Shown piece after piece: positions 15,301 to 29,013 of a DNA stretch of 64,000 nt. Both the position numbers and the translations under genes were made by a program. Source of the stretch: Bugula neritina (Eukaryota; Animalia; Bryozoa). The stretch's first letter is position 1. Every line of letters starts with the position of its first letter. A model generated the notes under the pieces. It searched no databases. It saw only the letters and a program-made list of their open reading frames with translations, and was not told where the DNA came from. Where the stretch lies: the NCBI GenBank assembly GCA_964035545.1, contig OZ037768.1:6604741-6668740 (forward strand), read 5' to 3'.

Positions 15301-18300
15301 AACTTACTAAAATAAATGAACACTTTCATCACTTAATTTTAGAAGAATACAAATAGGTTCATTTTATCCTGAATTGAATAACAGTTGCAAATCAAATCAA
15401 ATATTAAGAGAGCCAGTAGGCCTACAGTATATCACATAGTTTGTCACAGAAACCACAAAAAAAAATGTTTATAATAGCTATTTTTTAGTTGAAAGTTTAC
15501 CCAATTTATCTCATCAAGTACATCATCATTCTTTACAACTTCTACATCTAAAATATCAATGCTTGGAGGTTCTATGTCCCACAGTTCCTGGCTCTTTAGA
15601 AGTGGGTGCTTCACCACAAACCCGTTATGGTTAACAACAATAACGTAGGATAAGGGCCCCAACTGTTGATAATATGAAAGAAGAGAGTTTAAAAATGCAC
15701 CTGGGACACACATATAGGCAAATGACTGCTTTTCATTGATAGTGGCGTGATTGGATAAACCACCTCAGACAAAAACAGTGTTACTTAGAACATGTTAGCT
15801 GAAATACATAATTTAAAAGTAAGAAAGGTTTATATCCAGTGCTTTATCAAGGTATAGAATGAGTTGTTCCAACATATTAACTGGAGGCTATACATTTTAT
15901 AATAACTATCTATTACATTAGAAAGGTTTACACACACATACCTCTCTAAAAGAGATGAACTTATTGAATTCCTCAGCAGCCACATCCACTCCCATGACTC
16001 CCAACAGGGTGACATTACTCTGCAACATACAGAATAATCAGATATAGACAGCTGCTATTAGCTATAGAATAAATGAGCTTATAAAGAACAAATATTGCTC
16101 CTTCAAAATTATGTCTAATGCAAGTAAATATAATCAAAAATACCAATAAAAATATATGTATCAAATTTTCGTCATTATAATATAATTATTGAATACATAT
16201 TTTGCTCAAGTAAATTTGTCTTAGAAGAATTTTTCACATATAACCGTCACCAGCATGTGAAAGCAAAAGCATTACATACCAGATCAGTTCTGTTGAAGAC
16301 TGGCATAGTGAGAGTCATCAACATTCCAAGTCCCTACAAGTACAGTAAGCGACAGGTCACAGCAGGTGACAGGTCACAGCAGGTGACAGGTCACAGCAGG
16401 TGACAGGTCACAGCAGGTGACAGGTCACAGCAGGTGACAGGTCATGGTTTCTGGTATAGAATGGATAGCTGCTGTACCAGCAGCAAGATTCTAATATTCT
16501 GAGTTTTATATTTCAAATAGGAATATGCAGCATTAGAAGATAACACTAGACTACAGGGTGTACTAAAACAGAGTATATTTTAATCAACAACATGAAGATG
16601 TTACCAATAACCACTTAGGATAGTAAATTTCAGATGAAGCAAAACTTAATCCAGCAACAAATCTTATGATGCAGAAATATTACTTGGTAACAGCAAAAGA
16701 AAGGTTGATAAATTCAGCTAATCATTGGTTAGATAATTTTATTTAGATATTATAAATTAGTGTTTCACACAGCTTTTTTTAGAACTACACACAACTTTTA
16801 AGATGGCAGAGGGGACCAAATTTAATTTACAGCTACTTCTATAAAAAAACCTATAAAAAAACTTATGTAGTTAACTCTAATGGCGGAATTTATTTCTGTT
16901 TATAGATGACAAATTAAGTTAAATTAGAACCACAAGAATTAGTTTTTTATTCTTTAAACTAAAATAAAAAATGAGCACTATCATGATTTACCTGCATTCA
17001 TGATACATGTAGGTAAAGCTGAATTATCTTACAAACAGGAATCACAAGATTAAAGTGTTAAAAGTTCTGCTATTAGCAGATTTTCCTTGGATAAAGTAAG
17101 GAATGGAAGGTTTTATTAGCCAAATAAATTGTGAGCAATAAGAAAGCAATAACCAAAAGAGTTACTAGACAACAAAAGCAACACAAAATGTACTAAATTT
17201 TATGGCTAGAATCACAATGCAAACTCAACAATTTCAGACACCAGGCAACATGCAGCAAAAGGAAGGATTAGAAAGCAACTAGTTCACGAAAAGAAGCACA
17301 GCCATTGGCTTAACTTTTCTTTACAGTCAATGAAAGTGAAATAAGCATAGAATTGCAATGGTTGTACTTCTTGAACGGTTTATAGCAGCAACCAATAATG
17401 CACTACCTTTTGATACGCAGCAGCACGTATACTTGCATCAGTCAACTACAGCTGAAACAGGGGGCACAACACAGATAGGCGTTTTAATAGCAACATTTTT
17501 TAAACATTGTGTCATGCATTTCTGAAAATACCTTGCTACTCAACTTTTTGAGGGGGGCTTATTGCATTAAAACCAGTTACTAAGCCTAATAGTTTTAACA
17601 TTTCACTTTTACCAAATGCCGATCATTATTGAACTTCAATTTAGCACCAATAATAACATAAATTTACCAAGAGAGTTTGGAAAAAAAAGTTAATCGCTAG
17701 TATTGGTATTTATGGTCATTGGTAAATTGAAAACTGCAAGTTTAATGTTTTTGTACCAATGTTCCACTTGAAAATGTTTAAAATTGCAATTAATAGGGTG
17801 AACAACAATATTACAATGATCATGGCTACTACACCATAAATCAGTTTGTGGTATAATTACCAACTGGGGATCTGGGTAATGCCATTGTATCATAGACTGG
17901 CGATCAGAAGTCTGACTGGCATAGTATGAAACAGAGTGTGGCAATGTCCGTGTAAAGTCCTAGGATAGACAATACTGGTTCGTACAACATTCTGTGTAAA
18001 TATTATGCAGGGATTTGGACAACTACTATGTTTCAAACAAGTGGTACTATGACGAAGAATGCTCTCTCATGGGGAAAGGTTCACGGTAACATGCTATAGT
18101 CACCCAACATATGCAACTATCTAAAGGGTTGGTCTAATTGCACCCAACAAATACATGGAAACAAACTGCAACGTGTCACCATGCCCAGTTGAAAGATAAA
18201 AAACTTCACCCAATGTTGAGTAAATTCTGTGGCCTATGAATGGTATTTTAGCAAACACAGTTACCCATGCAAACATTTCAGCAATTCTGACAGTCTTTAT

Positions 18301-21300
18301 GTATTGCAGCAGCTGTTTCAGGGTTTGCTCCTTCAGCAGCACATAAAAGAGTACCATGGCCAGCACCTTTGCAATGGCAAAAATTCCTGGCTTATCAAAG
18401 CTTTTTAAAAGGTGTGTTGGTTCGAGCAGATGGTAGCACAGCGCAGCCAAATAACATTACCTAGGTCGCCAAGCATTTCTAACTTTGACTCATTGTTGTT
18501 TTTAATCTTTTCATAGTTGTTATTTTTTGTGCAATACAAATAAATGTTATGAAGCACTTTGATACTTTCTTACTAGAAAGTTATTACGTGGAATTAGTAA
18601 AGAATTCTCTAAAAAAGCACCCGGGCACCGCCAGTATTTGGTTATTAAAAATAAGTTTTACAGCAACACTAAGTTTGATGCCGTTACACAAAGTGACAGC
18701 TGCCTGAAATGGATAGTATGTGTATCAAAGGGGAGCATTTGTTAGCGATTCTATATTTACCCATTCATCTCTATACAGACTAGAGATTAAACTTTCTTGG
18801 CCTCTTTCATGGGCCAATATTGCACCAAGACGTGTGGTGAAATGCTGTAATATAATATTGTTACGTATTTAAGGTATTTAATAGCCTGCTTATAAACCCT
18901 CAACCTCTACATATGTAGTCATTTTAACAGCAGTTGAAGGAAACTCCGGCAAAATATTGTCTTTGCGTGCATAGTGCTGGGCCATTACTGGAATAATCGG
19001 TTGTGCACGAATCAAAAGACTAATTCATGTTTCTCAATTTATATGATGCCACCAATAGCAATAATAATTATTGCAATATTAACATCAACTATATTGATAA
19101 CCAATCCAGCTTTCCCCTCCCTTCCATTTATCAATAATTGGTTAATGGTCCCCCTTACTGGCCTCATTTGAAACTGTCTCGCCTACAGGTAAAGGTACAT
19201 TTGAAATAGTTGAACTAAAATGAAATTGGCCCAGCACTAATTAGGGATACTTTTGTTAAACTCTGTACATGTGAGCACAAGAAAAAATTCCTATTTCGTT
19301 AATTTTCTACTAGTTCAACTATCTAGTTTTATAAACATTGCTATATACTCTTCAAAATATGTGTTACAATAACAAATTATAACAGAATATTTATTAGAAC
19401 TGACCTGTACACCTTGGTCTATAGTACCAATACTGTTAATCTTCGAATAATATCCTATAATGACATCATAAGTTGTATAGTCACCCAAATCAACAAGATA
19501 TTGTGCACCAAGAAAGAGTAAATAATTTTAACAAAAACAATTTTACAAGAAATATGTTTTAGTGTACTACTGATACTTTTACCATTTCAATATTTGCCAA
19601 GACCATGACACTTTCAGTAGTAACACGATGTTGTTGATTAAATTTTTTTTACCAATTCTAATAAAATGATTAGAAAATTTATATCAAAATTTACTGCAAC
19701 ATTATAGATATGATTCTATGCAATAATAGATATTTTACAATTTACAAATTCATAAAATCATATACATAGTAGGTAAGTTAGTGCTTAGTTAAACTAAAAT
19801 GAAAACCAACAAAGGCAAGTTACCTCTATTTCCTTTCCGACAGGCTATTCGACGAACTGCGTCCAAAAACGTAGGAGCTTGGCCCATGGCGTAAGTAAAT
19901 ATGTGATACTAAAAAAAACAAGACAAATCCATCTGTGAATGCATTGGGTGGCAAATGAGAAGAATATTTTTCAAATTAAAAAAGCACATCAATGACTCAC
20001 ACTAGCTGTTTCTTCATGCTTGCTAACGACGCTATCCGTTTTATCAATTCCACCATCAGTGAGAATAATAATTATTTTACTACAATTACTACCCATTCCC
20101 TTCTGACGAGCTTCAGACTTCTCAAACTACATAAAAGAGAAGTAAGATTCACATGTTAATTTCACCATATTTTATAGATATAAACTGTATACTGTTACCA
20201 GTAGATGTACATTGCACAGTGAAATTATTCATTGTTGGTAAGGCCATAAACAGGATCCAAATTTAAAAAGACTGTTCTCTTATATTGAATACTTTGATTA
20301 CAGTTTTGCTACAGCATAAAACAAATCATGTCTACGCATTGTCTAAAAATTGTCTGAACACTAAATAAACACAAAGCATACATAACCACACCATTATGCA
20401 TCATCCGAGTTGCTATGGTATATTCTCTCTCTACCTTTTCAAAAGTGGTGTAAGCATATTCCAGAGCCACGGTGAAATTAGCTTGACCCTGAGGAAGATT
20501 TGGATCATTAAGCTCCTTCACGGAAAGCATGAGCATGCGCTTGTTGAATGTGGTGGCTTGAACAAAGTCTGGAAAGCAATCAGGTCCAAGTTTAGCCTTG
20601 TATTTCTTCTCCTTCATAATGGCCCAGCTAGAAAACTAATATAATCATTTAGTAAGCAACTTGTTGAACTATTTTAATGCAAGCTTAAAAAAGACAAACA
20701 AACCATAGCCTGTGAGCATGATCTGTAACATGAAAATATTAGTTTCAGTGAAACATACAAACTACAGACTAAAAGATATTTATACATACTCCACATAGTA
20801 AGATAATTTAATTAAATTTTATAACACATTTCTATATATAACTTCTTTTACTGTTCGATTCTTTTTCCTCATTTCCTTTTGCTTTCAAAGTGATGACACG
20901 AAGTTTTAGTTTAACAGGAATACTTTCTCATGCCAGAATCTCTTGCTGAACTAGACTTAATCTAGTTTATTGAATTAACATTTTTCAAAAGACAGACCAA
21001 CTTTATCAAAGTTACTTCCTACAACTTTTCCTGTTGTATGTTTGAGGTACCAGCATATAGATATAATTTTTCACATCAAAAATTAAACCAGCACAATTGA
21101 AGCACTCAAAAAATCAGTTGTTGATTCAAGTTCAAACAGCTACATATTTTTTGCATAAAAATTTTGCCATATATACCGAAAATGATAAAGCAAATAATTA
21201 CCATTTTCAAAATATAACAAATTATAAAATCATGAAGCTGCCTAAATAGCATGCAATTATTTCAGGTATTAGACATAGCTTTTTGCTCCATGTGATGTCC

Positions 21301-24300
21301 TAGCAAACCGCTATAATCCTTTTTTTTCAAATTCACATTTCGAGGACTTGGAAAATAATCCTTTACACAAAAACTAACATATAGCATAAAGTGCAACAGT
21401 TTTATACACTGTGTTTTACAATGATAACTGAGAAGTTGTGATGATATACTTACAGTAGCAACTTGAACGAAATCATCTTCTCCCAACGTATCCAAAAATT
21501 TTTGCACAGTCAGCGTCATCAAATACAGAGTTTGTCCAACAGTGCTACCACTCCTACCATGTAACATACAATATGCAGGTGAGACATGGCTAAGTCAACT
21601 ACTTAGACTGACAGCACTAAGTTAATACTGTATATTACATGAATATTAGATAATAGAGGCTTACGAGTTTTATCTAATATTTGCTGTTTTTAGGAGACTG
21701 TGTTATAGTTATAAGATTTTTGAAAGGACACTTTTTTAATGGTCATATTTAATAATGGATAGCAATTTATCAACCTTGTACTTAGTGCTATATTTGCGAC
21801 TCTAAAGTTTTGACTTGTTATTATATTTTATGTTAAAAAGAACCAATTCAGCTTGTATAAAATATACAGTTTGTAATTTACGAGATTTTAATGAACTACA
21901 AAAGAATCCAGGTATAGGATTAGACCAACAGACATTTATATACGAAGCAACTAGAGCTTGTTGCATCTTTTTAATATCAGCACACTCAGGATGACTAGCA
22001 ATGAGGCAGCAAATATACAAGCTGCATATGGTTGAACTTACGTGTCAATCATTATCAGAACATCTTTTGGCGAGCTAGAACCTTGATTGTACCATAGACG
22101 GCGCCTCGTATCATATAAATCAACTTCCTAATAACACAACATAAAAATTACACAACCAATCAAGAAAATGGCATGCATAAAGCATTTTGGATCCAGGGAA
22201 TAAGTTTACTTTAAATAAATACATAAATGGTTTATGTCTGCTATACTTGAAAATATTGTGGGCAAGCTTAGTAGCCTGAAGAACATTGTAATAACATATC
22301 CGAAGGGCAATACCATAGCCATGTTTTTATTCAATAGTTAGTTAGCCATCAAAATCTAACATATTGATAACTACTCCAAGCCAAACAACAAACAATAACA
22401 ACAACAAAATACAGTTGGATTCTACACCAAACATTCTGAATAAACCTTTTCCAGTCAAACAACCATCGAAACAAAGTAACTCGACTAACTGAACTGTTTA
22501 TCAAAGATCGGATTTTGACCTTAGGTTTAACATTTCGCCTGTACAGCCATTCAGTTACTGATGTATTGACACCATTTATGTGTAGTTTAAGTGCTTTTAG
22601 CAACATAAAACATCACATTTTAATAAATAAAATGACTTGAAACACAGCTTTAATGATTTTAAATTTCATGAAAAATGAGATACATAAAACTGACTGGTTC
22701 AACTAGAAAGAGTTTTACATACTACTGAGATGAAAATAAATAGCTCATTTTCTCTTTAGATAGCATTTCGTCAATTTTCAACATACAAGTTTGTCGCTGA
22801 AATATCAATTTACACGAATGACAGAATGAAAAGTTCATTTAATGGACTTACATCCTCCTTCAGTTGATGCCAAGAGCTGCCTGGATATTGTCTAACAAAT
22901 CCGTGATCACTCCCAAAGTACTGCCACAACAAATCCTCTTGCTCAGTGTTGTTTCTGGCACTTTCATCTGCCTCGATGAAGAACGTGTCCAATGATTTAG
23001 TCCAGTTTAGTCCATGCATCGTGTCTTTCTCCACACTCCCTTCTACAAACCCACCCAATAAACACCTTGCAGCATGAATTATATAAAAAAAAACAAAGTT
23101 TTACTGCACAAAATTGTATTCACAACCAAATTTATTACAAGAAGCAAAATAAACATTTTCATTAAATATACTTAGTTCTAAGCCATTTTTAGGGTGAAAG
23201 ATTATAAAAAGCATTATCAAATTTTACAGTGAAAACTGTCCCTTTATTTGAAGGTTAAAAATTTGGTCTTTTTAATAAAGATTTAACATGCTTCTTGTAA
23301 TTAAATTCAATGTAAACAGATCAGCCTAATAAAACACTTTGAAATAATAATATTTCATATTTCAATAAATTCTTATTAATATCATCTCATAACAAACTGC
23401 TTAATAAAAAGGAGACAAGGGGATCAGTAATTTGAGTTGCTGAATTCCATTAATGTACAACTGCCGAAACATTCAATAGCATGATTACATTAGCTATTTA
23501 CCTCCAATATAAGTTACTAAAGGAACATGTACAGTACTGAAAGAGAAGTTGACAGCTCGTGGAAAAATTCTTGCTCGATCATCAACTGCGTCAGGCTCAA
23601 AGTATTGAGAAAAGTTGGCAGAATCCTTGTATGACACACGCTGAAAACATAAATAACCAACCACAAATAAATTAAAGTATGCTCAACTTACAGTCGAATT
23701 TTGTGTCAAATTTTAAAGCCAACAGTGGAACTTTCTTCTGAAGATTTCGAATTGCCACACTAAATATTTTAAATATAAGTAAGACTAAAAGTACATCAGC
23801 ATAATATATGACTTACCACGATGTCATTTGACCAATCATATGCTTTTGCTACGCCTTCTGCTTGGGCGACTAATTTCTACAAAAAATTTCAATGTTTTCA
23901 ATTCATACGTAATACTGAATTTAAATTGAAGAAAGTTAAGTTTCAAAATCATTTATATATATGCAGACAGAATTTTCACAACGATTTAGTTAGCTAAATG
24001 AATAAACACACCTAGTAATTTTAACCAGTTATTGTGTGATATATGAATCGTATCATTAAATGTAAATAATTTCATATGAAGAAGGAAGCATTTCCCTTCA
24101 CAAAGTTCAAACCACAATGAGCCTCATTTTTAACTTAAAATTTTATACAAACTGAGAACTCTTTATGGTAAAGTTTCAACATTAGAGCTTACAAAAAAGT
24201 TAAAATAAGGTGCTGTAAAACCTTATAAGAAATCCAACACTATGCCAAATGATGGCAGCTAAATTATAAATGTCGCAAATGCCAGGCAAAACTATATCCC

Positions 24301-25312
24301 TAACCATATATCTATAGACCTAAAAAGTAGACATTACCTCCAAAGCAGCCCGCCGTGGTTCAAACAGTCTGTTGGTAAGTTGAGATGAGGTTTGCTCTCT
24401 GAGTGTTGATATAGATAGCGGTTCATAAGTAGCATGGTTTTTCCGTGATTCAACAAATTCCTGAAATTAGTCCATGACATCATGAGCTATACATCACACA
24501 CTAAGACAAAAATTCAGTCAGCCTGATATTCACTAAAATATTTATAGATGCACGTCATTGCGATTCTACCCAAAATAAAATAATTAGCAGCTTTGTTGGT
24601 TTTTAGAGAGATGATGAAACTGCACCTGAGCAATCGGATTGTACCAGTCAATCAAACTTCCATTGACAGTTTTAATGCCATCTTTCACTAGCAAAGTTTC
24701 TAAGCTGCTTGATCTGAAACACAGATTGGAACTCAAATTAAATTTTCTAGAAAATAGATTAGTAGTTCAAAATAATTTAAAAATAAGTCTAATTACAAAA
24801 ATAAGAGTAGGCATAATCTTTCTATTGATTAACTATGCTTATTGTAAGTTAATTAAATTTACATCAATGTCAATAGAAAGATCAAACAGAAATTTCATAG
24901 TGTACAGGCCAATAACAAGTCAATTTCTAACACAAAGCATGCCAATACAAAAAATATATTGCATTACTGCTAAACAATGTTTACATAGCAGACATGTCTT
25001 ATCTAACATAACATACTAAAAAAATCTATATAAATTTTAAAATAAAATTACATTTCTCAACTTTACTATTAGTTAATTTCGTTGTAAAAAATTGCCCCTC
25101 TAATAAGGACTGATAATGTGGAATTTAAAATAACAAAATCAATAGAAATAATATAGAGTGTGGATAATATAATAAAATAAAGCAATAATTACTCTAACTT
25201 TATAAAAGTATGTTGTGCTATTTCTGTCACCAACAAATACTCACGGTATAATGTACAAACATGCTGGTTCTAAGATGGCCACCAGCAGTATTAAACAGAA
25301 AAGTTTCTTCAT
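9375..25312 (-). CDS. CACNA2D: Voltage-dependent calcium channel alpha2delta subunit, about 1075 aa, 30 coding exons
   Basis: Exons in transcription order: 25245-25312, 24626-24713, 24338-24460, 23817-23876, 23502-23640, 22852-23042, 22042-22127, 21454-21553, 20435-20635, 20001-20126, 19824-19908, 19405-19454, 18761-18844, 16280-16333, 15942-16019, 15501-15662, 14958-15041, 14621-14682, 14105-14233, 13701-13900, 13222-13359, 12833-12919, 12458-12624, 11783-11865, 11502-11574, 11096-11166, 10667-10804, 10470-10579, 9788-9885, 9375-9467. All phases are compatible (3228 nt). Signal peptide, LLWQYFGS, YDTRRRLWY, VWA motifs DTSGS and ILTDG, Cache motif LLGVMGVDV, FDYQATC, hydrophobic GPI-signal-like C-terminus. 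Confidence 0.95.
9886..10469 (-). other. U12-type (minor spliceosome) AT-AC intron in alpha2delta
   Basis: 5' site ATATCCTTT at 10469-10461, branch site TTTCCTTAAC at 9907-9898, 3' AC at 9887-9886. Splicing here restores the frame (EPVE-I-GAKEY). Confidence 0.93.
11575..11782 (-). other. Probable GC-AG intron in alpha2delta
   Basis: CG|GCAAGT donor and ttcag acceptor give SIYGRHKFFDYQATC, in register with vertebrate SVYAFNKSYDYQSVC. An in-frame GT-AG alternative adding 6 residues also exists. Confidence 0.7.
12034..12155 (+). mobile_element. tRNA-derived SINE-like relic, family 1
   Basis: A-box-like TGGTCTAGGGG and B-box-like GGTTCCATCC, followed by a tail ending ATAATTACTCCCATGC. Similar copy at 35055-35160 (-). 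Confidence 0.6.
16351..16444. repeat. Perfect 17-bp minisatellite (GACAGGTCACAGCAGGT) x5.5
   Basis: Five identical units plus 9 nt, ending about 17 nt upstream of the alpha2delta acceptor at 16334. Confidence 0.95.
18972..19239. mobile_element. Degenerate non-autonomous DNA transposon (hAT-like MITE), 268 bp
   Basis: 13-bp terminal inverted repeats TAGTGCTGGGCCA (18972-18984) and TGGCCCAGCACTA (19227-19239); no recognisable TSD. Confidence 0.5.
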
Positions 25313-26039
25313 ACCGCAAGGTTCTATCCAAATTCCTCAAAAGACAGGATGAAGACTGAAATATGTTACAAATCTCATTTCATCAAGTGCCTTAAGTTTC
25401 AGTGAGTTAGTTTTTTGATTTTAATTTTGATAGGCTTGTTTCAATTAATACAATAGTTAAGTAATACATTGAAATTTTGATCTTTTTATCACTCCAGGCT
25501 TAAACCTATATGCACTTTAACTGTTAATAAATAATACTGAAGGTTTATTACTTAATATGAATTGAGATTCAGATAATTCTATTAGGCAGTTAGATTTACA
25601 TAAATTATAAAATATACAGGTAGTGATAGATTTGCATTTGGCTACGACAGTCTTCCCAATAGTAACCAGCTAATTGCCAGTTAATCACATAGATAACCGC
25701 AGAATCATTAAAGTGAGTATAACTATAACTAATATTATAGGTAAATTACAAATTTATTTAAGCCGCCAAATGCATGCAACTATCTATCAATTTAGATTAA
25801 ACTATGATTATTAACAATAGTTGTAAGTAATCTTGTAAAATAAATTACCATAGTTATTATATATTTCCTTGATCAAGTACTTGCTAGCAATGCAGATTGA
25901 CCGAAATCAATTCAAATCATTGATTAACTTGGCTTGAAATTTTTTTTTTTGTCTGAACAATGATTAGAATTCACTTGGTTAGCCATTAACAATAACTTGA
26001 CCTACCATGGCCCATGACACACACAGTGATTGCAACTCA

Positions 26040-27050
26040 TCTCTGGAGATAATCGTAATAATTTTGATTATAACAATGATAATCATCGCCATTGCCATTT
26101 ATTAGTATTAATATTATCAGCTATATCATAATTATAATGCTAACTCAGTGTATAGAAGAAGTAGATATGAGTAGACGAACATTATCCCATGGAGTCATTG
26201 TCATAGTCATGTGATAATCCTCATCTAATCACAATGATTAAATTACTATCAGTATCAGTATGAGTATCACTATCACTTAGGTGAGTATGACTATGAATCT
26301 AAGTCTAAGAGCAAGACTAAGTTTATGGGTGCGTGTAAGTGCCAATTAGCATTATTAACAACTAATAAGTAATAAACCCTATTCATAATGATAATGGCTA
26401 ATACTAATAATTGTATTTGTAATGCATTACTATAAATATCAATGCACTATCACTAAGACTATGCATAGTGCCTTCAGCAAATATGAAGTATTTTCTGTGT
26501 AATAGTCTCATACTATTACTATCAGACATTAATAGAGGTAATAGTTATAGTATTACTATTACTATTACTATTAGTATAACTATAAGTATTACTAATAGTA
26601 GGAATTATGCTAATAGCAGCACCATCAGTATTACTCACGAAAGTAAGAGCAACAACTTGAACTAGCAATTAAAATTTTATATAAATAACTCACTAACTGT
26701 AACTGTATAAGACAATCACAATGAATATCAATATGATGCTTTGAATTTAATACTGACACTGACAATCACTTACAGTTACACTGATTGACAGTGGCTTAGC
26801 CTAACTCAAAAAGTAACTTACTCTTAGTAATAGTCTTACTCTTAGTCTTAGTGAAACTCAACCTGAATGTTGCGTGTTTCGACTTCAACTTGTCCTTAAA
26901 ATTATGCTCAGATAAGTGTTTCTCTTACTTTACGTACATTAAAATTAATACATTTTATTGCTTTTAGTATTACCATTACTGTATTAGAATTAGGGTTAGT
27001 TGTAAAGATACCAAAGAGTATAAGTCACAGTCATAATAAATCACACTGAA
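26040..27050. repeat. 6-bp-periodic tract in the 5' non-coding region or first intron of alpha2delta
   Basis: atcagtatcagtatgagtatcactatcact, agtattactattactattactattagtataactataagtattact, ttactcttagtcttagt. Produces the spurious ORF 26468-26665. Confidence 0.8.
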
Positions 27051-27099
27051 AAATACGAGTCCCAATTAATTATATTGCAGTGACTACCAAACTAGCTTA

Positions 27100-28255
27100 G
27101 TGGGTAGCCTTCTGCGTCGGATAGTCGGTTTAAAGATACCGTATAGTTTGATTTTTTGGGAGTAGGGCAAAACAACTTGGAATCAAAGGCTAGTGTTGAA
27201 CCCGTAGACAACTACTACCTGCATCAAATTTGGAGTAACCGATTTCGGACTCATCTTTTGGAAGCGATTTATATCTTCACAAATCTAATTGGCTGAACTC
27301 ATTACTCGTTCTTATTAGTAAAAAATATTATTGAATAAATATTTAAAACTGTTTATTTAATCAAAAGGCCTATCCATCTATTTTACATCATTACTATGAA
27401 TACTAAAATAATCATGATCTATCAATAAACATAATGTTATGATTTATAAGGTTGTGCTTATTTATATAGCAAGATCTTGCCTTTTCCATAAACTAGAACT
27501 AGTTGTTGAAAAATAACCAATCGGGTAAAATGAATATCAGCCAATCGCATTTGAAGAGGAGCTGTACATAGCAAAGTTGATTCAAGTCAGCCATAATAAT
27601 AGTGTAGTAATTATAATCAGTAAAGTTATTAAATCACTTTATTTAAAATAAGTATGGAGCTAGTAGACGATTGCAGCATTTGAATATATTTTTATTTCTA
27701 TCTTTTGTGGGTTAATTACCAAAATGGAAACGTAATTTCTGGTAAAAGTTAAATACCATTTTAATTTTTAAGAGCGTCGAGAAATAACTCTGAAAGTGTA
27801 GCGCCTCCACCATGATAAATACTAATAGTAATTCAAATTGAAACTGAAGCCTTCATAATTACTGCCAACGGTCACATCTGCCACTAAGTAGAGTAAGGTT
27901 CACAGTAATTACTGCGCATACTTGTTAGTATTTATAACAATAGAGCACAACAACTTAATCTCATTTAATTGCATCAATTATAATTTTTGAGTACAAAGTA
28001 ATTCTTACATACTTGATTGTAATGAACTAGCAAGTAGCGACGCGTTTTGTTTACAAAAGACCGAAGAATCACAGGCTCGCATATTCTGGAAATTCCGGAT
28101 TTAAAAGGTAAATCCGGTCTGATACTAAAACATGTGTAATAAACAGGGGACATGGGAAAAGTCATCTGCTACCCATCAGTCCATCACTTTACAGATAGCG
28201 TTGTGATGTTAGTGAAAGCAATATTTGCATCACTTTGAAATTAATCATCAGCACG
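27100..28255. promoter_or_regulatory. Divergent promoter region alpha2delta / DNAJC22
   Basis: CCAAT boxes near 27288 (-), 27517 and 27541 (+); perfect 9-bp inverted repeat CCGGATTTA-aaagg-TAAATCCGG at 28095-28117; candidate 5'UTR donor at 28256 and acceptor at 29010. Confidence 0.5.
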
Positions 28256-28259
28256 GTAA

Positions 28260-28620
28260 TTACTGTAAATGTTTTTAAATTATAACTATTATATTTATCA
28301 TTTATTCATTCTTGACTTTGTTAAGAATTATTTCAAGTATTACTATATTACTATAACTATTAGTATTAGTATTACTATTAGTTTTACTAACTATAACCTT
28401 GATAGTATGGTTCCAATGAGAATCAGAGTCCGAACCACTTTCGTATTTACTAACTACTGCTACTGCTACTACTACTACTACCACTACCACCACCACTACA
28501 ATCACCACCACTACTACCATCACCACCACTACTACCATCACCACCACTACCACCACCACTACTATTAGCTTTTTAAGTTTATCTAGTGACTAACAGTGAG
28601 TGTAACTGGATTTTTACCTA
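28260..28620. repeat. Periodic tract with compound (TAC/CAC/CAT)n microsatellite in the DNAJC22 5'UTR intron
   Basis: tattactatattactataactattagtattagtattactattag, then a trinucleotide array at about 28453-28565. Explains the poly-His/Tyr and poly-Val ORFs. Confidence 0.85.
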
Positions 28621-29013
28621 ATATAAATAAATAACAGCCAATTAACTCAGGTAAATGAAATAGGCAATTTTTTCATTTATTATTTAAACAGTGACATTTG
28701 GTTTTAAGCAGTAGCACTCAGAGTTTGAGCACGATTCTGGAGTATCAATATGAGTATGTTTTTAATTTTTAACTTCGTTTTGTCAGTCGATTTTTCTATA
28801 ATTAGTCATCGACCATCACCATTGATGATGAGCAGCAACTAACTTCAAATAATCATAATTAGTAATTACTTGTAGAATTTTTTCAAATGGTTCTAGAATG
28901 TATTTTCATCTTGTAGCTGTTCTCTGCTTATCTAATTAAAAGTAAAAAGTTTCAAGTTTTTTCATTGGAAACTTCAGGAAAATTGTTTGAGAATTTTCTT
29001 GTTTTTGTAGGAA

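Noticed and set aside
17300-18640. Less AT-rich block with ORFs 17690-17944 and 18121-18450 in the largest alpha2delta coding-region intron
   Set aside because: No recognisable domain, TIR or TSD; it may be an old transposon relic but this cannot be supported by eye.
28269-28568. Poly-His/Tyr and poly-Val ORFs
   Set aside because: Translations of a trinucleotide microsatellite in a 5'UTR intron.
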